Source: Azolla caroliniana
Lineage: Eukaryota; Plantae; Polypodiophyta
NCBI GenBank assembly: GCA_043228905.1
Contig: JBHGNT010000001.1
Span: forward strand, 28,768,001-28,832,000
Length of the DNA: 64,000 bases
Direction: 5' to 3'
The notes below the pieces were generated by a model. The model was not told the origin of the DNA, ran no database searches, and was given only the letters and a program-made list of their open reading frames with translations. Position 1 is the stretch's first letter, and each line of letters begins with the position of its first letter. The position numbers were made by a program, and so were the translations under genes. This document shows positions 11,601-25,800 of the stretch, in pieces.

Positions 11601-14600
11601 AAAGCCTGGAGGTAGCTGTGCAAAATGCTATTTCAAAGTCATATAGGCAGATCGTGGCCTCTAAAACAATGTAAACCAAGATGATTAGATAGTAGCATTT
11701 GATATTCATGATGCACATCAATGACATATATGATAAGTTGATTGAAGATAGAGGGTGTTAGTGGTGATGCATTGGCTACTGGCACATTACTGGATTTATA
11801 CAATGGTAGCCTTGAGTTTTGGACGCAAAATGACAATTTCATCTTCCATTTTGTGCAAAACAGTGCCTCTGGCGGGCAATGGGGGGCAGATTGTCTTTGG
11901 GGAGTGGCTTTAAAATGCTGGCCCATTTCAGATGGGATTGGTTTTTTTTAATGTAGTGATTGAAGAGGATACTAGGCACAAAGTGCTTACATGCCAAGCT
12001 ACTAAAGCCATTTAGGTTGTTAGGTCGTAATTTCAGGCATTTTGAACTGGGAACATTTTCTGACCCTTTCAAAGGGCTTTCATTCATGGAGCCAAAGCTT
12101 TACCCTCGCCATTGTATAAGGCTCTATTGGACTACCTTAGATATTGGGGTATATGGTATCATTGGAGTACAAGAAATGGTTTCTAATTCCATGGTCTCAA
12201 TTTTTTATCACAAGAAGTATGTAGGCTGAAAGGAAAGTGATTTGGCAGTTTTCATAACTAAGCTCCGTGTGCATCGGTTCCTTAGAAGAGTTGTATTTAT
12301 TTCACTTAGTCTGACAGCTCCTGAGAGGGTTTACATTGACATAAGATCCTCACTTCGAAGCAGGGACAACAAGGGTTTTTTGTATTGTCATGTTGTTTTG
12401 ATTTATACATTACTTCTAGAGAGAGAAAGAGATTTTGTTTTTATCTTCAGATGTTTAAGAGAGAGAGAGAGAGAGAGAGAGAGTTAAAAGGAAAAAAAGT
12501 CGTGATTTTCTTCACTCAACAGGGGAGTGGATCATCAAGGGATGCTAAGAGCACAGCGGAAGCCTCCAAGTGAGTGGTATTACAGCGGAAGCTTTATTTA
12601 TGCCTAGATTTTATCTAATAAAAGTAAATGCATATGTTTTGCAGAAGAGAACTTCTTAGGGCAATGGATGTTCGTTTGGCTGCAGTAAACCAGGAACTTC
12701 ATATTGCATTTTCTCGTGCTTTATCTTCTGGATTTGACAAAGACGCACTCTCTAATTTGATGGAATTTTCTCAACATTTTGGAGCACAACGTCTATGGTA
12801 ACTTATTGCATGTCCATTATCTAATCTTAACAAAATTAATATTTTTAAGTTTTGTGTGATTTGTATTTATTTATCTTCCTTGTTCATCTCTCTCTTAACC
12901 TCCTGCCTTCTTCACGCTGTTGGTAAGGGGATATTTTCTTCTATTTGTAGGGATGCCTGCTTGCAGTTTATTGGTTTATCCAAAAGGATGAATATATCTC
13001 TACAACTGGACGAAGATCATGATTCTCAAACTGAAGATGATGTATCGAGTGACTCTGAGATGTCTTTGGAAAGTGGAACTGACACAGGAATAGCTACTGA
13101 AACAGATGACAGTGCGTCCTGTAGCTCAAGAGCTTTTGATTCGTGGTCAAATGTGCAAACTGATGGACTTCCTGAATCCAGAAATCCATTCAGTAGGCGG
13201 GATTCAAGTGCAGACTCATCAGGAGAAACACATATTTCTACTGGTGCTACTTCTGGTAGGGTTAGAGGTAGATGGGGCCCACCAGAGAGGATTCAGATAT
13301 TTTCTTTGGAGCCAGAAATGCAAGACTGTCAAATTCCTACCGAAGTATCAGAGATGGATCAAGATGAAAATGGAGTGTCTCATCCAAGCATGCCAACAAG
13401 AGATAGCAGTGAGCAAATTAACATCTATTATTATTCAACTACACATGATTTCTGATGGATTATCGAGTGTGCAAGCAATCATTTAAAGCATTTTTTTTAT
13501 TTTGTGGCGTGATAGGTGATGAAGAGAGCCGTTCAAATAAGTATTTATCATTTACACAGGAAGGACGTCACCCAGAATTTACTCCCTCTCTTCCAAAGCA
13601 GCAGAGTGTTAAAAATTATGATCTTGTAGGGAACAGCACCACTTTCTTTTCCCGTTTACAAAAGATGGCACAACAAGTAGAGGCGAGAAGGTTGAGTTCA
13701 GATATGGGGATGCATTTCACTTCTCTAGGAATTACTGATGGTCCTCGATATTTTGAAGTTGGAAAATCCCCTGATCCTGCTGGCTCTGTATGTTCTTCTG
13801 AGGACAGCCATTCGGCAGCTGTCAGTGACTTCAGTGAAGATAGAATGGTTGTAGGGCCATCTTCTGAAGTAAGAAGTATAGTTAAGTTAACAAAGGAACC
13901 CCAAGTCACAGGGGAAAGCATCGGAGAATCAGAAAGTAATTTAAAAAGTAAAACAAGAGAGCAAGAAGTGATCCCAACAAGAGGTCGAGATGAAGAAGAT
14001 GAACCTATCAGCACTTCATCGAGGAGGTTAAGTGTGCAAGCTGCTATTTGTCTTTTTGAAAGCAAGAAAGCAAACATAACCAGTCCTACTGCAAAGAAGC
14101 TAGTAAGGCAGGACAATCAAAATTTACCAACATCTGAGAAAGCAGCAGTAGGACGATGGAGTGGGATAGGCCCAGCAGATAGGGCTATACCGGATGGCAC
14201 ATCTGAAATGGTCTCTAGAGACCCTACAACAATTGTAGCCCAAAACACTTCAAAGAGCAGTGACGTGACAAACAATAATCATCTTGCTGGAGGTCTGCAC
14301 AAACAGTTCAAGCTAGAACTAGAAAAGAGTTTAGCAAGGAACAACCGGAATCATGGACATTTAGATGCAAATGCATCAAATTTTTTTGGGGGATCACGAT
14401 TAGTATCTGATTCAGGTGCTACAGCCTTGCCCGAAAACCGAGCATCTGAAGTTCCTCCAAAACTGACAACCATTATTTCAAAAACTTCTAATTTAATAAC
14501 TCAGAGTGTGCCAAAAGATCAAGCATCTGAAATTGCTGAATGGAAATCCACTCAAGTGTTGAATTTAGCCTCTAGGAGGGATCCAAAGGATCAAACTTCT

Positions 14601-16417
14601 GAAATTCATTCAACAAAGTCTCCAGACTCTTTAAATTCCAATTCAGCTAAGAAATTGGCAGAAGATCAGCCATCATCAGTCACGAAGAATTTTCAAACAG
14701 ATCATATACCAGAGCTTAAACCTGTAGTCGAGACTGCAAAGAATTTCTTCAAATCGAAAAGAGTAACACAAGAAACAGAGGATATGCAGTTTGTAAAAGG
14801 AAGTGCCGCACATGAAGGAAAACTGGATTTGATGGTACAAAATAAGAAGTTGCTGCAAGGAAAGTCATTTTTAACAGAATCTACATCAGCAAGATTAAAA
14901 GAAGGTAAAACCAATAATGGTGCGATGATCTCTTTGGGAAAAGAATTTTCTAATAAAGAGCCAAATATTAACAAGCTCAAACATGACATAGATAGCACCG
15001 GTCAAACTGGACATAAAATTTCATCATCTGAGACACAACATAAGCTAAGCAGAAAAAACCCCACTACTTTACACGATGCTCCTATAGATTTGCATATGCA
15101 GGCTCTCGTCATGATGATCGACAATAATCATCAAAGCTCACTCCATTCAAGTAATGATAAGTCTTGCAATGAGCAAAAAGGGAGATTCTATGAGCACTAT
15201 CGGCAACTTAGAGATGCAAGGCAACAAAAAGAGAATCCTGCAAAGAGAGCCGAAAGAGAAACCAAGCTTAAATGTATGAAGGAAACTCTTGATAGAAGAA
15301 AATCTGAGATGGAGACTGGAGGTCTTGGGCCCACCAATAAATCTGCAAAAGAGAAGACAATTAAAGCAGGGAATATTCAGCTCCCAAAGACAACATCTAC
15401 TGAAACCCCAAAGCAGCAGGTATATATATATATTTAATCATTTTCATTTTATTATTTCCATACACCCAGATTTTTTATTAGGAATATTATCCGTGTTTGA
15501 TCTACCAGAAAGAACTTGGTGAGGAAATGATGCATACAGACTGTAGAGTGTCACATATGACATCAATGGCTCCAAAAAGTCCTATGAATATAATGACAAG
15601 AGTACAACACAGCAAGAAAGGTTTATCAACTTTGCACAAATCTTCGAAAGCCCCATTCTCCTCCATGAATGCTTCCTCAGCATCCTCACCTAGGGTTGTT
15701 CCAAATAGTCCTGCAATCAGTCGACGAAAATCGGACCACACTGGGGCATTAGAGAATCCCATGAGCCAGAAAGTAGCAGAAGTAAAGAAGGAATTGTGGA
15801 GCTCAACAGGAAAGTCTTTTGCATCTTCAAAGGTTCCTCGAGCAGTGAATATTGCAGTTGAGAATATATCCGTTGATTCTTTGTCTGGAATGGGAGATGA
15901 GGAATTGAAGCGTGGTAAACCTCTTAGGAGAAAGGATCGTACTTCAGGAACAGAGAGTAAGGCATCATCAGTTGCACTTGACATAGCCTTAGAATCCTTT
16001 AAAGGCCCTCTAGCGAATGGATCAGAATCCATGGTAAACAACACCCGAAGTTCGGCAGTGCATGGAGTGAAGTCATTAACGCACAAGGACAGAATTGGTG
16101 CAGTAATGCAGAAACAAACCAGAAAGCATGAAACAACTTCCACTCTAAGAAATCTTGACGAAGAGGTTCCAAGAGTCAATATCTATGCTCATGATTATAG
16201 AAAGACAGGTGCAAGAGGAGAAGATTCAAGAAAGCCATTTGAATCACGAAATGTTAACTTCTCTGCACAAAACACATTATGTATGGCCTCCACTTCACTG
16301 GAGGATGAGGATGAAGATGAAGAAGACCAGGCAGATGGCACCGATGTAGATGAAGCAAGTGACATATTTGTCGATGCTTGCAGTGACGAAAGAGTACTTT
16401 CTCTTGATGATGAATAA
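8614..16417 (+). CDS. COP1-interacting protein 7 (CIP7)-like protein, ~1305 aa, 10 exons
   Basis: Exons 8614-8675, 8805-8996, 9303-9414, 9499-9547, 10141-10172, 12523-12569, 12645-12797, 12951-13408, 13516-15419 and 15509-16417 join in frame. Family motifs: MKSDTPLDYA..RTRCELY..EKLAS..KPF..HL..WFTKATLERFVHFVSMPEVLERV; KRELLRAMDVRL..FGAQRLWDAC; RRLSVQAAICLFESK; KGRFYEHYRQLRDAR. The small exons 4 and 5 are less certain. Confidence 0.85.
11146..11327. repeat. Degenerate direct repeat (~70-bp core, period ~112 bp) in CIP7-like intron 5
   Basis: TTTTGTCAGTGTAGTGAG..TATAAGACTTC..TATTTGCATCAATG at 11146-11213 and 11258-11327. Confidence 0.8.
11740..12240 (+). mobile_element. Decayed LINE ORF2 C-terminal remnant in an intron
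   Basis: DCLWGVALKCW resembles zf-RVT HCLWDC..A.KVW, and downstream WGIWYHWSTRNGF*F resembles the LINE 'IW..W..RN...F' motif. The region contains stops and frameshifts. Confidence 0.4.
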
Positions 16418-18889
16418 GGAAGCATATTGGAGCATGCCCTTCCAATTGTACCAAAATTTTCCGTTTATATTCAGAATCATAAGAAGAGTAATTAAATGTC
16501 TGGTCCCGCGGAAACAATCTCTAATATATCAACAACTGGATGGAATTATTTTTAGTCTATTTGGACTAAGATTACCCACGATAACCTCTGGTTCGTACTC
16601 TTACAATAACGCAGTGTCATGAAACCCTTAAAAAATCCAATAGCCTTTAGGTCATGATTTGATTCATGTATCTCAGAAGTTAACCTCTAACAAGAATCAA
16701 GGAAGGAGACAAGGGCGTAAAAAGTCTCTGCACTTTGGACTTCAATTTCGAAATTGTTCTTCCGTTTATTCTCCTTTAGGATCAAAGGTACAGGAGAAGG
16801 GGAAGTGAAGAAGATAAGGATATTGTCACGTATCAATTTCAACGGACTGATATCAGTTGGAAACAATCAGCCTCGCTATTTGTGATGATTGACGTGTTTT
16901 TCCAAATGTCTTGTGCAGATTAAGAGTCTCTTCAACTCTGAAGTTTGCTGGTAAGCTTTATCCATAGCTTGTCCATTTGTAAAAAACATCATTTGTGGGC
17001 TTTTGGTGCATATGATCCAAAGCTTAAGTAGTAACTTTAGGCATAAATCTGTCATCTGACAGTTGTAAAATCATACCTGTTTTAGAAACTTTGGTGCCTG
17101 AACAGGGCATGATGAGATGATCATATCATCCACCCTCTGCACATGCTCATGTTGAGATCATGTCATCCATCCTATGCACATATCCATGTCCAGAGCAAGA
17201 ATAACCAACCAAATTCATGTACAACTTTGAGCTATATAATAACTAACATTCAGTACCGGAACAATTTGCTCACTAAAACAGCATTTTTTTTCTCTTTTCC
17301 AATACCGCTCATCGTTTTAACAAGCTTTCAATCCATTTGTTTGTCCTTTATTCTTAAAAAAAGGATGCGAAATTAGCTTGGAGGTAGGATCAACAATATC
17401 ACATATGACCATCTCATCAACATCATATAGTTAATAAATCCTTTCCATATGGTTAATAGATCCCTTTCATTATTTACAGAGGTTCCAATATAGTTTGAAT
17501 GCAGATGAGGCTCATTTGTAGATGCATAACTGCTTTGCCAATCGTGACATCAATATGTATAATTCCTTCTAAAATAAACTTCTTGTTCATACGAATAATA
17601 ATAATAAGAGCTGCATTAACTACACACGGTTGAACTTAAAACCTGGCTTACCTTACCCACGACGCTTGGATTCCTTTGTTATGTTTAATATAATCTTATC
17701 ATTCAAGTATAACAAATGAAAGATGATATATTAGTTATGCATATATAAGCTTTTATCCCAATGAGTAAATCCAGAAGATAGAGAGCACAACTCTTGGTCC
17801 CATCATTTTGATTGTCATCAAAATGTTAAAACATCTATTTCCAAAGCAATAATTGCGAGAAAGGACATTAGATGCAAGCAAAAGATTAAACGGAATGTTG
17901 GTAATGACAGGAAATTAAATCATAAGCTGGGAGCTCAATATCCTCAATCATCTTCATTAAAATAGAGAATTAAAGACAATGTGTTGTTTTTTATAAAAGC
18001 TGTATAAAACCACAAAACCTGCAAACAATATTTTAACATACTGGTTTGCAAACAATGCATCTTTGCTGATTTGTCAATTGTTCAAGAAAATGATAAATGA
18101 ACCAAAATAAGGTTTCAACCCCGTCAACCACTTAGTAGACCATTTTAAACCATATAGTATAGCAAGCACGGGAATTGCCCAATTGTTCATTGTTTACCAA
18201 TATTTAGATACAAGTGGATTCATATGCAAGCATGTATGAACTAAGCACAACAATTCCATTCAATATTTGCATTTGACCATAAGTTTAGCATTTTGTTATC
18301 CAATATTCATGGCAAGAATACAATTAATACATATACCTTAACAAATGTGCAATATAAGTTGAGAAATATGAAAGTTTTTAATGCTTTAACTTTGTCAAGA
18401 ATCTCAACCTCAAATCATAAATCAGATGCAAATCATCATTGCCTTGATTCGTCAAAGAGATGCCTGAGTTTCAAGTTGGATCTTTTGTGGCTAATGTGAC
18501 ATAAGGTGAAGATCACCAAGGCATGTGCCAAGTTATACTATCAATGCAATGGTTCATTGTGCAATCAATGACATTGTGTTTGATCAAATGTGTCTCCACC
18601 TAGTGTTCCACAATCTCATTATTGGAGCACATTGTGTATTGTTCCATTCTGGATCAAGTTGATCCTTCCCAACTTCCAATTCACCTTTTTGATGGACCTG
18701 AGTACATACTTCAAGATTATGTGCAACAAGTTATGCAACAAAAAATCATCCTTGGTATCTTAATAAGCCAAGTTCCAATTTATGGATTGCAACTCATGGG
18801 ACTTGCCATCGTTGAAGGAGGGAGATGGCATCATGCTGATACAAAATGACACATATACTTTGGGGGACCACAAATGCATTGTTAAAGCG

Positions 18890-19460
18890 TGCATGCGTGT
18901 GCGCGCGCACACACACACACACACAAAAAAAAACCTTGACTCACATTCTTGCAGACACGTGATGCCTAATCACAAAATGTTGGGATACGTGAAGATGAAA
19001 CAACAACGCGGGACAAAAGGCTTCCTATATATGCAACAACCAAAGAGGGATGGACGACATTCGCGAGGGAGAGAACCCTTGGATAGGCAAGATGGACACT
19101 CTGCCACGTCGCAACAAGGTGAGTTGTCGTACAACAACAACAACAACGGGGATAAAGGACTGTGAAGGAACGAGGGGAGAGAGTAGATATTGTGTTTTGG
19201 GTGTTTTGGGTGTTTTGGTTTGGAGCTCTGGGGGGGGGGGGGGGGGGGGGGGGGGGTACCAACCAACCAACCAACCTTTCCTTCCTTCCCTGGCAAGAAC
19301 CACAATTGTGTTGAAATATGTGTATGTGTGTGTGGAGAGAGGGAGAGGAAGAGAAGATATATATATATATATATACAAATTACAATAATACATATATGTA
19401 GTGTGTTAGAAGAAGTCTATGGAAGAGAATATGTATGTATGTGATGTATGTATGTAGTTA

Positions 19461-19509
<49 letters not shown>

Positions 19510-19643
19510 TGGGCTCTTCTCTCTAATGAGACATATGTACATCTCTCTCTCTCTCTCTCTCTCTCTCCTTCTCCCCTTCTCCCCTCCTCTCCTCCTCCCA
19601 CTACATACGTCTTCTACTACTTCCACTCCTACACCTACTACTT

Positions 19644-19679
<36 letters not shown>

Positions 19680-19690
19680 ACTCTCTGAAA
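18890..19690. repeat. Microsatellite field ((CA)n, (CAA)n, G27, (AT)n, (GT)n, (CT)n) upstream of the bromodomain gene
   Basis: Directly visible; the G-run is at 19230-19256. Confidence 0.93.
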
Positions 19691-19869
19691 TTTCAAAAAT
19701 TTAACTCTTCCCACTTCTTCTGTTCCCCTCCTGCGCTTCAATTTCTGCATCATCCGCCGCGTTAATTTGCTGCCATTCCCTCTGCTCGGAAAGGAAAAGG
19801 TTAGTACAGGAACCACATATCTCGTTCTTTATATATATATATGTATATGTATATGGTCTGCGTAACCTT

Positions 19870-22800
19870 ATGACGAAGGTGAAGTTGAAAGGAGCTTTCT
19901 TCCGCAAATCTGCTCCTCCTCCTTTCCCCCTTCCTCTTATTTCTGAGGATGACACTGATGACGAGGAAGAAGAAGAAGAAGAAGAAGAAGATGATGACGA
20001 TGACGATGATGGAGTTGCATATGAGTACGAAGACATGGATGGCCATTTTAGAACTGAAGGATTTCGGAATTTCATGCCTTTTGGTACTGTGAAGACTAAG
20101 CGAAAGAGAGGTCCCAGGGGTGCCCCAAGATACAACATACACAAAGATTCCTCGGGCCATGGTGACAATTATAGTGACTCTGCCCTTGCAACCTCCTCCA
20201 GTGAAAGATCTGATGATTATCATGATCACGATGAAGGAGGAGACGAAGACGAAGTTGTGGATTCTATGCAGGATATTCCAAGTGGTTCTGGTCCGATGGC
20301 CATGGGCTATGCTACTCCTCGTCGCGGCAGCGTCCGCCCGAAAGTGAAACCGTCCAAGTTCCGAGAAGAGGATCGAATGCAGAGAAATTATAATCACAGT
20401 CATAATTATGTATCAGAAGTGAGTTCTTTTTTAGGGAAAAAGAAAGCGTCCAAAAAGCATGTGTTTTCAAGGGACTATGATCAGGACGATGAACTTAGTG
20501 CTTCCCTAAGGGTATTTCCATACTCCACTTATCTTGATAGTTAACATCAGTGCATGTAGCTTCTTCCATAAATCTTTATTGTTATAATATTTTGTGTGTG
20601 CTGTCTGACCCTTAAGCTTGTTTCAATGGTGTATCTTATGTTATGGTTTGCTGAATTTTTTATTTCTTTGATGTATGAGGTCAATGGATGATGAAACTTT
20701 TGATTTTCAAAGTCTGTGTTTAATTCTCTGCAAATGAAAAAATCCTGGGTTGAAACTTGTGGGCCCTTAAAATTGCTTGAGTAATATACTTTATCCCATA
20801 CAATTTTCTGTCTTTCCATTTGATACATATTTGATGGCTATATCAAGAGTTTGATGATGTGATTTTGCTCGATGCACGGTACCCGTAAATGATCGTAATC
20901 ATGATTTTCAGATTCCATTCAATGTCATGTTTAATTCTCTACATGGATGAGCAAATTTTGCAAGGGATGTTTGCTTCTTTGTCAATCAGTTATTTTGCTA
21001 TATTTTCATATCAAGACTGGAAATTTATGTAAATCTGGATAGGTCGTGAGGAAGATCATGAAGATGGAAGCAGCTGAACCATTCAATGCTCCTGTAGATC
21101 CAATTGCTCTTGGGATCCCGGTGAGATGCTTGTGTTGGTGCACTGAGTATTTGCTAACATTATCCTGCATTATTGAATTTTGGGTTGTATTGCCAGGATT
21201 ATTTTCATATTGTGAAAAGACCCATGGATCTGGGAACCATATGTAAGCATTTAGAAAGGGGCAGTAAGTATAGGAGCTCTCAAGATGTTTATGAAGATAT
21301 CCAGCTTGTTTGGACCAACTGCCGCATCTATAATCAGAAAGGAGACCCAATCCTTGACCTTTTGGGAAGAGTAAAGAAGAACTTCATGAAATATTGGACT
21401 GCGGCTGGCTTATATACCGAGAAGCCTTCAGGTTGCTCTTATGTTTAATGGACAAATTGCATGAATTAAAGATTGGTGGAATTTTAAGGCCTCTTTGTGA
21501 AATCTTTGATGCTTTTCATGCGGTAACAATCTAATGCGGTGCAAATTATTTCAAAGTTAGGGTTTTCCCTCAAATCTATTTCTAATCGGCTAGAGAGTTT
21601 CAGTTCTCAATATAAAAAGTGTGATTTCTTAAGAAACATTTGCTGGTTAAAGCATTGGAATGAGTGCCTGACTTTACATGTTTAGGTCATGTACATATTA
21701 AATAGGCTTTGATTTCCAAAAGTTAGAAACAAAGTTCTAATTTATTATTATTTCCTCACTGATGTCTACATGAGGTGGCGTTGAATTGGATATTTGGAAT
21801 TAATCATCTGGTTCTCTCGTGAATTGTGACTATGAAAACAAGTCTTCATTGATGGCATCAAATGTCATATATGAAAAGTAGCAAATTTCATTTTTATTAG
21901 GGGACAAATACGCTGAGGAAATGCAGATATCAATTCAGCTTTTCCACCCTTGGGCCTTAATCTTGCTAACTTTGATTATAACCACAATATTTTTTCTTTT
22001 GATTTGCTAAATACTTCTTTCTCACCATTGCCTTTCCGTTTGCGTTACTTCTCTACATGCTAGAGCCCATCCATTTGTCCATCATCTGACTCATTGCTTC
22101 CATACAACATAGCACACATTCTCTTCAATATAAGACAGGGCGCTGGGACAGTGTCAAGGAGACTCATTGACCATAGATATTTTGCCCGATCAAGTCCATG
22201 AGTCTGAGTATCAGTCTGCTACAGTACTGCACCTTCAATCACATTCAAGTCTGCTTTTTGCATATTATCAATCCAGACGTGTCTGCATACGTATTTCTCT
22301 TGCGGTCACAATGTACGCACAATTGCAACATTTACATTCATCAGTAAAATTTTTGAAGATCGAAATTCACGAATCAACCCCACACATATTAGATGCAAGT
22401 GTTTCACTCTGGTCCCATAGGTCATATTTGATCTCAAGGGTGGAAACAGAATCTATCTATCCATCTATAAAGCATATAAAGGGAATGGAGATTTCTTTAC
22501 AGCTTCCCATCTGCAACATGCTGGTTCTGATTTGGCAGCTCTTCCTGATTGATTGAGCTGCTCTTGAACGCCTTAAGTTTTCCTCTTTTATACAGAGTCT
22601 ATGTTATGCTTTATTAGAGCCCAATCATTGCTATGTGAGGTTGTTACCTCCACTTATCAGCTGACCAAGGGCTGTGTCATCAGGAGTTTGCGGATGATAA
22701 TCTGCTCTGTGTTGGATATGGTCCTGTGGCTTTGGGCAGGTCTAGATCTTCTTTGGATAACTTTTTAGTTCTGCAGGTGGAAGGCACACTTTATTGGCAG

Positions 22801-25800
22801 AGGTGTTTTGCATTTTGAATCTGCGTTGACTGCTTTTCCTGTGGAGAGTTTCAGATGGTCTTACTTGGTTGCTACCTGGTCAGTGATTTTATTAACTTGA
22901 CTTGACAAAAATGGTGCGTTTGTCTTCCCAATAAGGAGACTTGGAAAAAGCTGCATCAGAATCTTGATGTCTTCCACGTCAGCAAAGATTATGCGTGTGC
23001 TCTTTTTGGTTTTTATTTACCACCTAACGGGGGCATTCATTTACCCTGCAAGGGGCATTCTCAAATTCTGTCTTTATGCTGACAGTTTCTGGGCATTCCA
23101 TGGCACACTTGACATGATTCTACGCAATGACTTTGGGAATCATCACAGAGATACAGTCTATCCCACAATTGATAGTACTTTATTACTTTGAAGATCCAAT
23201 GAGATGTATGAACAAGTTTTTCCAGGAAGCTTAGGAAAGACAGCAAGATTTCTCCAAAGTTTGGGGGTGTTGTCGTTATCATTACTTGGAGATATACGCC
23301 ACCATGTGGTGTATCTTGCATTTTGTTTCTGAATCATATGGCTGAGTTTCTTGGTAATGGCGTTTATACATACTGTTATTTGTACTTCAGAATTTGGCTG
23401 CATGGCAATTTGGAAGGAATTTGCGAGATGATATACAGCTCTCTTTTCTAAAACAAGCAAGAGGGAGAGAGAAAATTATACAACTATCAGCAGAAGTAAA
23501 AGATAAAGCAAAACATATTAAACAGGCCGAAACTAGGAACAAAAACTGTATAGCATAGCCACAAAAGAAAATGTTGTATCCTGTTTTCTAAAGTAGTAAT
23601 CTCCGTTTCTGTTTATGTCAGACAGAAATATTTCATAAACTTATGCTATTCAGGATCTTCATTGAATAAATATCTCCTCAAATTGGATGAGTTGTATACA
23701 CATGCTCCTTTTCATTCAGGCTTTAAACTAAGAGGAGATGATGTGGCAGTTCCAACATTTATCTTGCCATGAGGAATATATCCATATATTTGATGTTGGT
23801 TCAGTTGTTGACCTCTGTTTCTTCTTTGATATGTTTCTTTGAATCCCAGAACAGGTGTTTATCCATGGTCCCATTCTCTGCTTCTTGTCAGTACAGTTCC
23901 ACAAGTTATATTTGTTCCTGTCAGATCTTTTTAGGAATTGCGTTTGAAGTGTTTTTCATTCTAGGGTTCCAATTACTCCAGTTGGTGATCATGGCATCTC
24001 AAATATTTATTTTCTTATATTCTGTATTGTTCAGTTGCAATTAATGGCTTTTGCAGTGTACTTGCATGATAATTTGTTGAATCCCTTATACCTCCCTAAC
24101 ATTTGAATGCTTAACCAGTGACATTCAGGTTTCAAGGTAGAAGACCGGATGCTTCACAGTCAGAATTTGGGGTTGCAAATATAAAGCAAAAGGTATTTTT
24201 AGATGACACTCGGAGCGAAATGACATTCGGAACAATAAAAGAAGAAGAAAAACCAGCAAATTCAACAAAAAAATGTATTGGTATGAAATAACAGTGAAGC
24301 AATTTCAAAATTTTGAATTCAGTGGTTTACGGAATGCTAGTAGTGCATAACTTTATACATGATATATAGTTACATTGCTATGAGAAATTGACTTTGTTTC
24401 TATAACTGGGTAGGTGGTGAGCTGAGGTTTAACTCATGATGTATCTAACCTTAGAAATATTATCAACTACATTGAAACATCTATGATATCTGTGTCTGCT
24501 GGATTTATGTAAGGGATGAGGAAAGATGCTGGAACAGGATGACTGTGTGTCATCTGACAAGGAAATTAAATTCTTTATTAAAATGTTTTGCTTATCCTTG
24601 TTTAGGGCTGAAGAAATAACTGAATGAATCTGTGTTCTCCTTCAAGAAATCTAGATTTCTTGTGTTGTGCTCATGAGTCATATCTTATATTTTAAATAGA
24701 TATAATTTTTGACTCTTGAATATCTTCCACGCTGAAATCCCATCAGGTTTCACTGAGCAACATGCAACGAAAAGGAAAGCTACAAAGATACCACCAATTG
24801 AGGTTGCAAGTGGATTGCACGGAGAGCAAGAAGCGGCTTTCAATATTCTTAATGATGATCTGGATACATTCTTTCTAAATCGGGGAGGGCCAAGCATCAT
24901 ATCTGTATACAAGTCACATAAGAAGAAAAAGATAGAACAGCAGGCAATTGCCAAAGAGCATCCACCACAGGCTCCAATTCTGAAAGGTAGTAACCTTTAT
25001 AGTAGATTGTGTGTTAAATCAATCCTCTATTATTATTATTCTTTTATACTATGCTTGTAAATGATTATTCAACTTGGCAATCCATGATCTTCAGGTGTGT
25101 ATAGTCCAACTTCATTTCTAAAGTTTGTATCATTTAGTAGTTTCATGTTTACACTTCATAGATCTATCTGTTAGAGTAGATCATCTAGTGATTAGACTTT
25201 TGAGTATATTTAACTGAGACACAACTTTCTCTCTTCTTTCTATTTTGAACTTTGAACATCTTCCAAAGATCACAATTCTTCATAAGGATATCTAATTCAC
25301 CACCCTCGTGTTGATTATTTATAGTATATTATCTCAATCTATTTAATGTGCATGTATTTGGATATTAATATGTTGGGCATGTGCTAAATTCTAACGAAGC
25401 GTCCTTGTTCATATTATTGTGCCTTCCACTACAAGAACATCAACACCTGACAATAAAATTGTCTATTTATGGCCATGTTTAAATATCCCTTTTTTCCTCT
25501 AAACTTGTTGCCTCCTGAATCCTGGCTGATGTACTGGCTGCCTTCAACACCTAATTATCATTGCAGTTGATCAGTGGTTCTTTCTGCCTGTAGAAGTGGC
25601 TACCACTGACAATTGGTGTTCTCACTCCTAGCTTATGCAGGAGTGGTAATTTTTTGCAATCATGAGTTGATGAATTCTGACATAAATTTGGACCAGCCTC
25701 TTGTTTTCCATCAGATTTTATGGTTTTCTGCCTCATATCTTTTGATGGTTTAATTTGGTACTCATACAGAATTGTTTTTTCAGTGCATATTCGGGAAGGT

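Noticed and set aside
13616-16517. Long antisense ORFs (166 aa, 225 aa and others)
   Set aside because: They are shadows of the large CIP7-like exons on the opposite strand, with no independent motifs.
18782-19816. Overlapping ORFs on both strands upstream of the bromodomain gene
   Set aside because: They derive from (GT)n, (CT)n, (CAA)n and poly-G repeats.
22100-23460. Short ORFs and possible retroelement debris in the large bromodomain intron
   Set aside because: I could not read a convincing RT, endonuclease or zf-RVT motif, TSD or tail.
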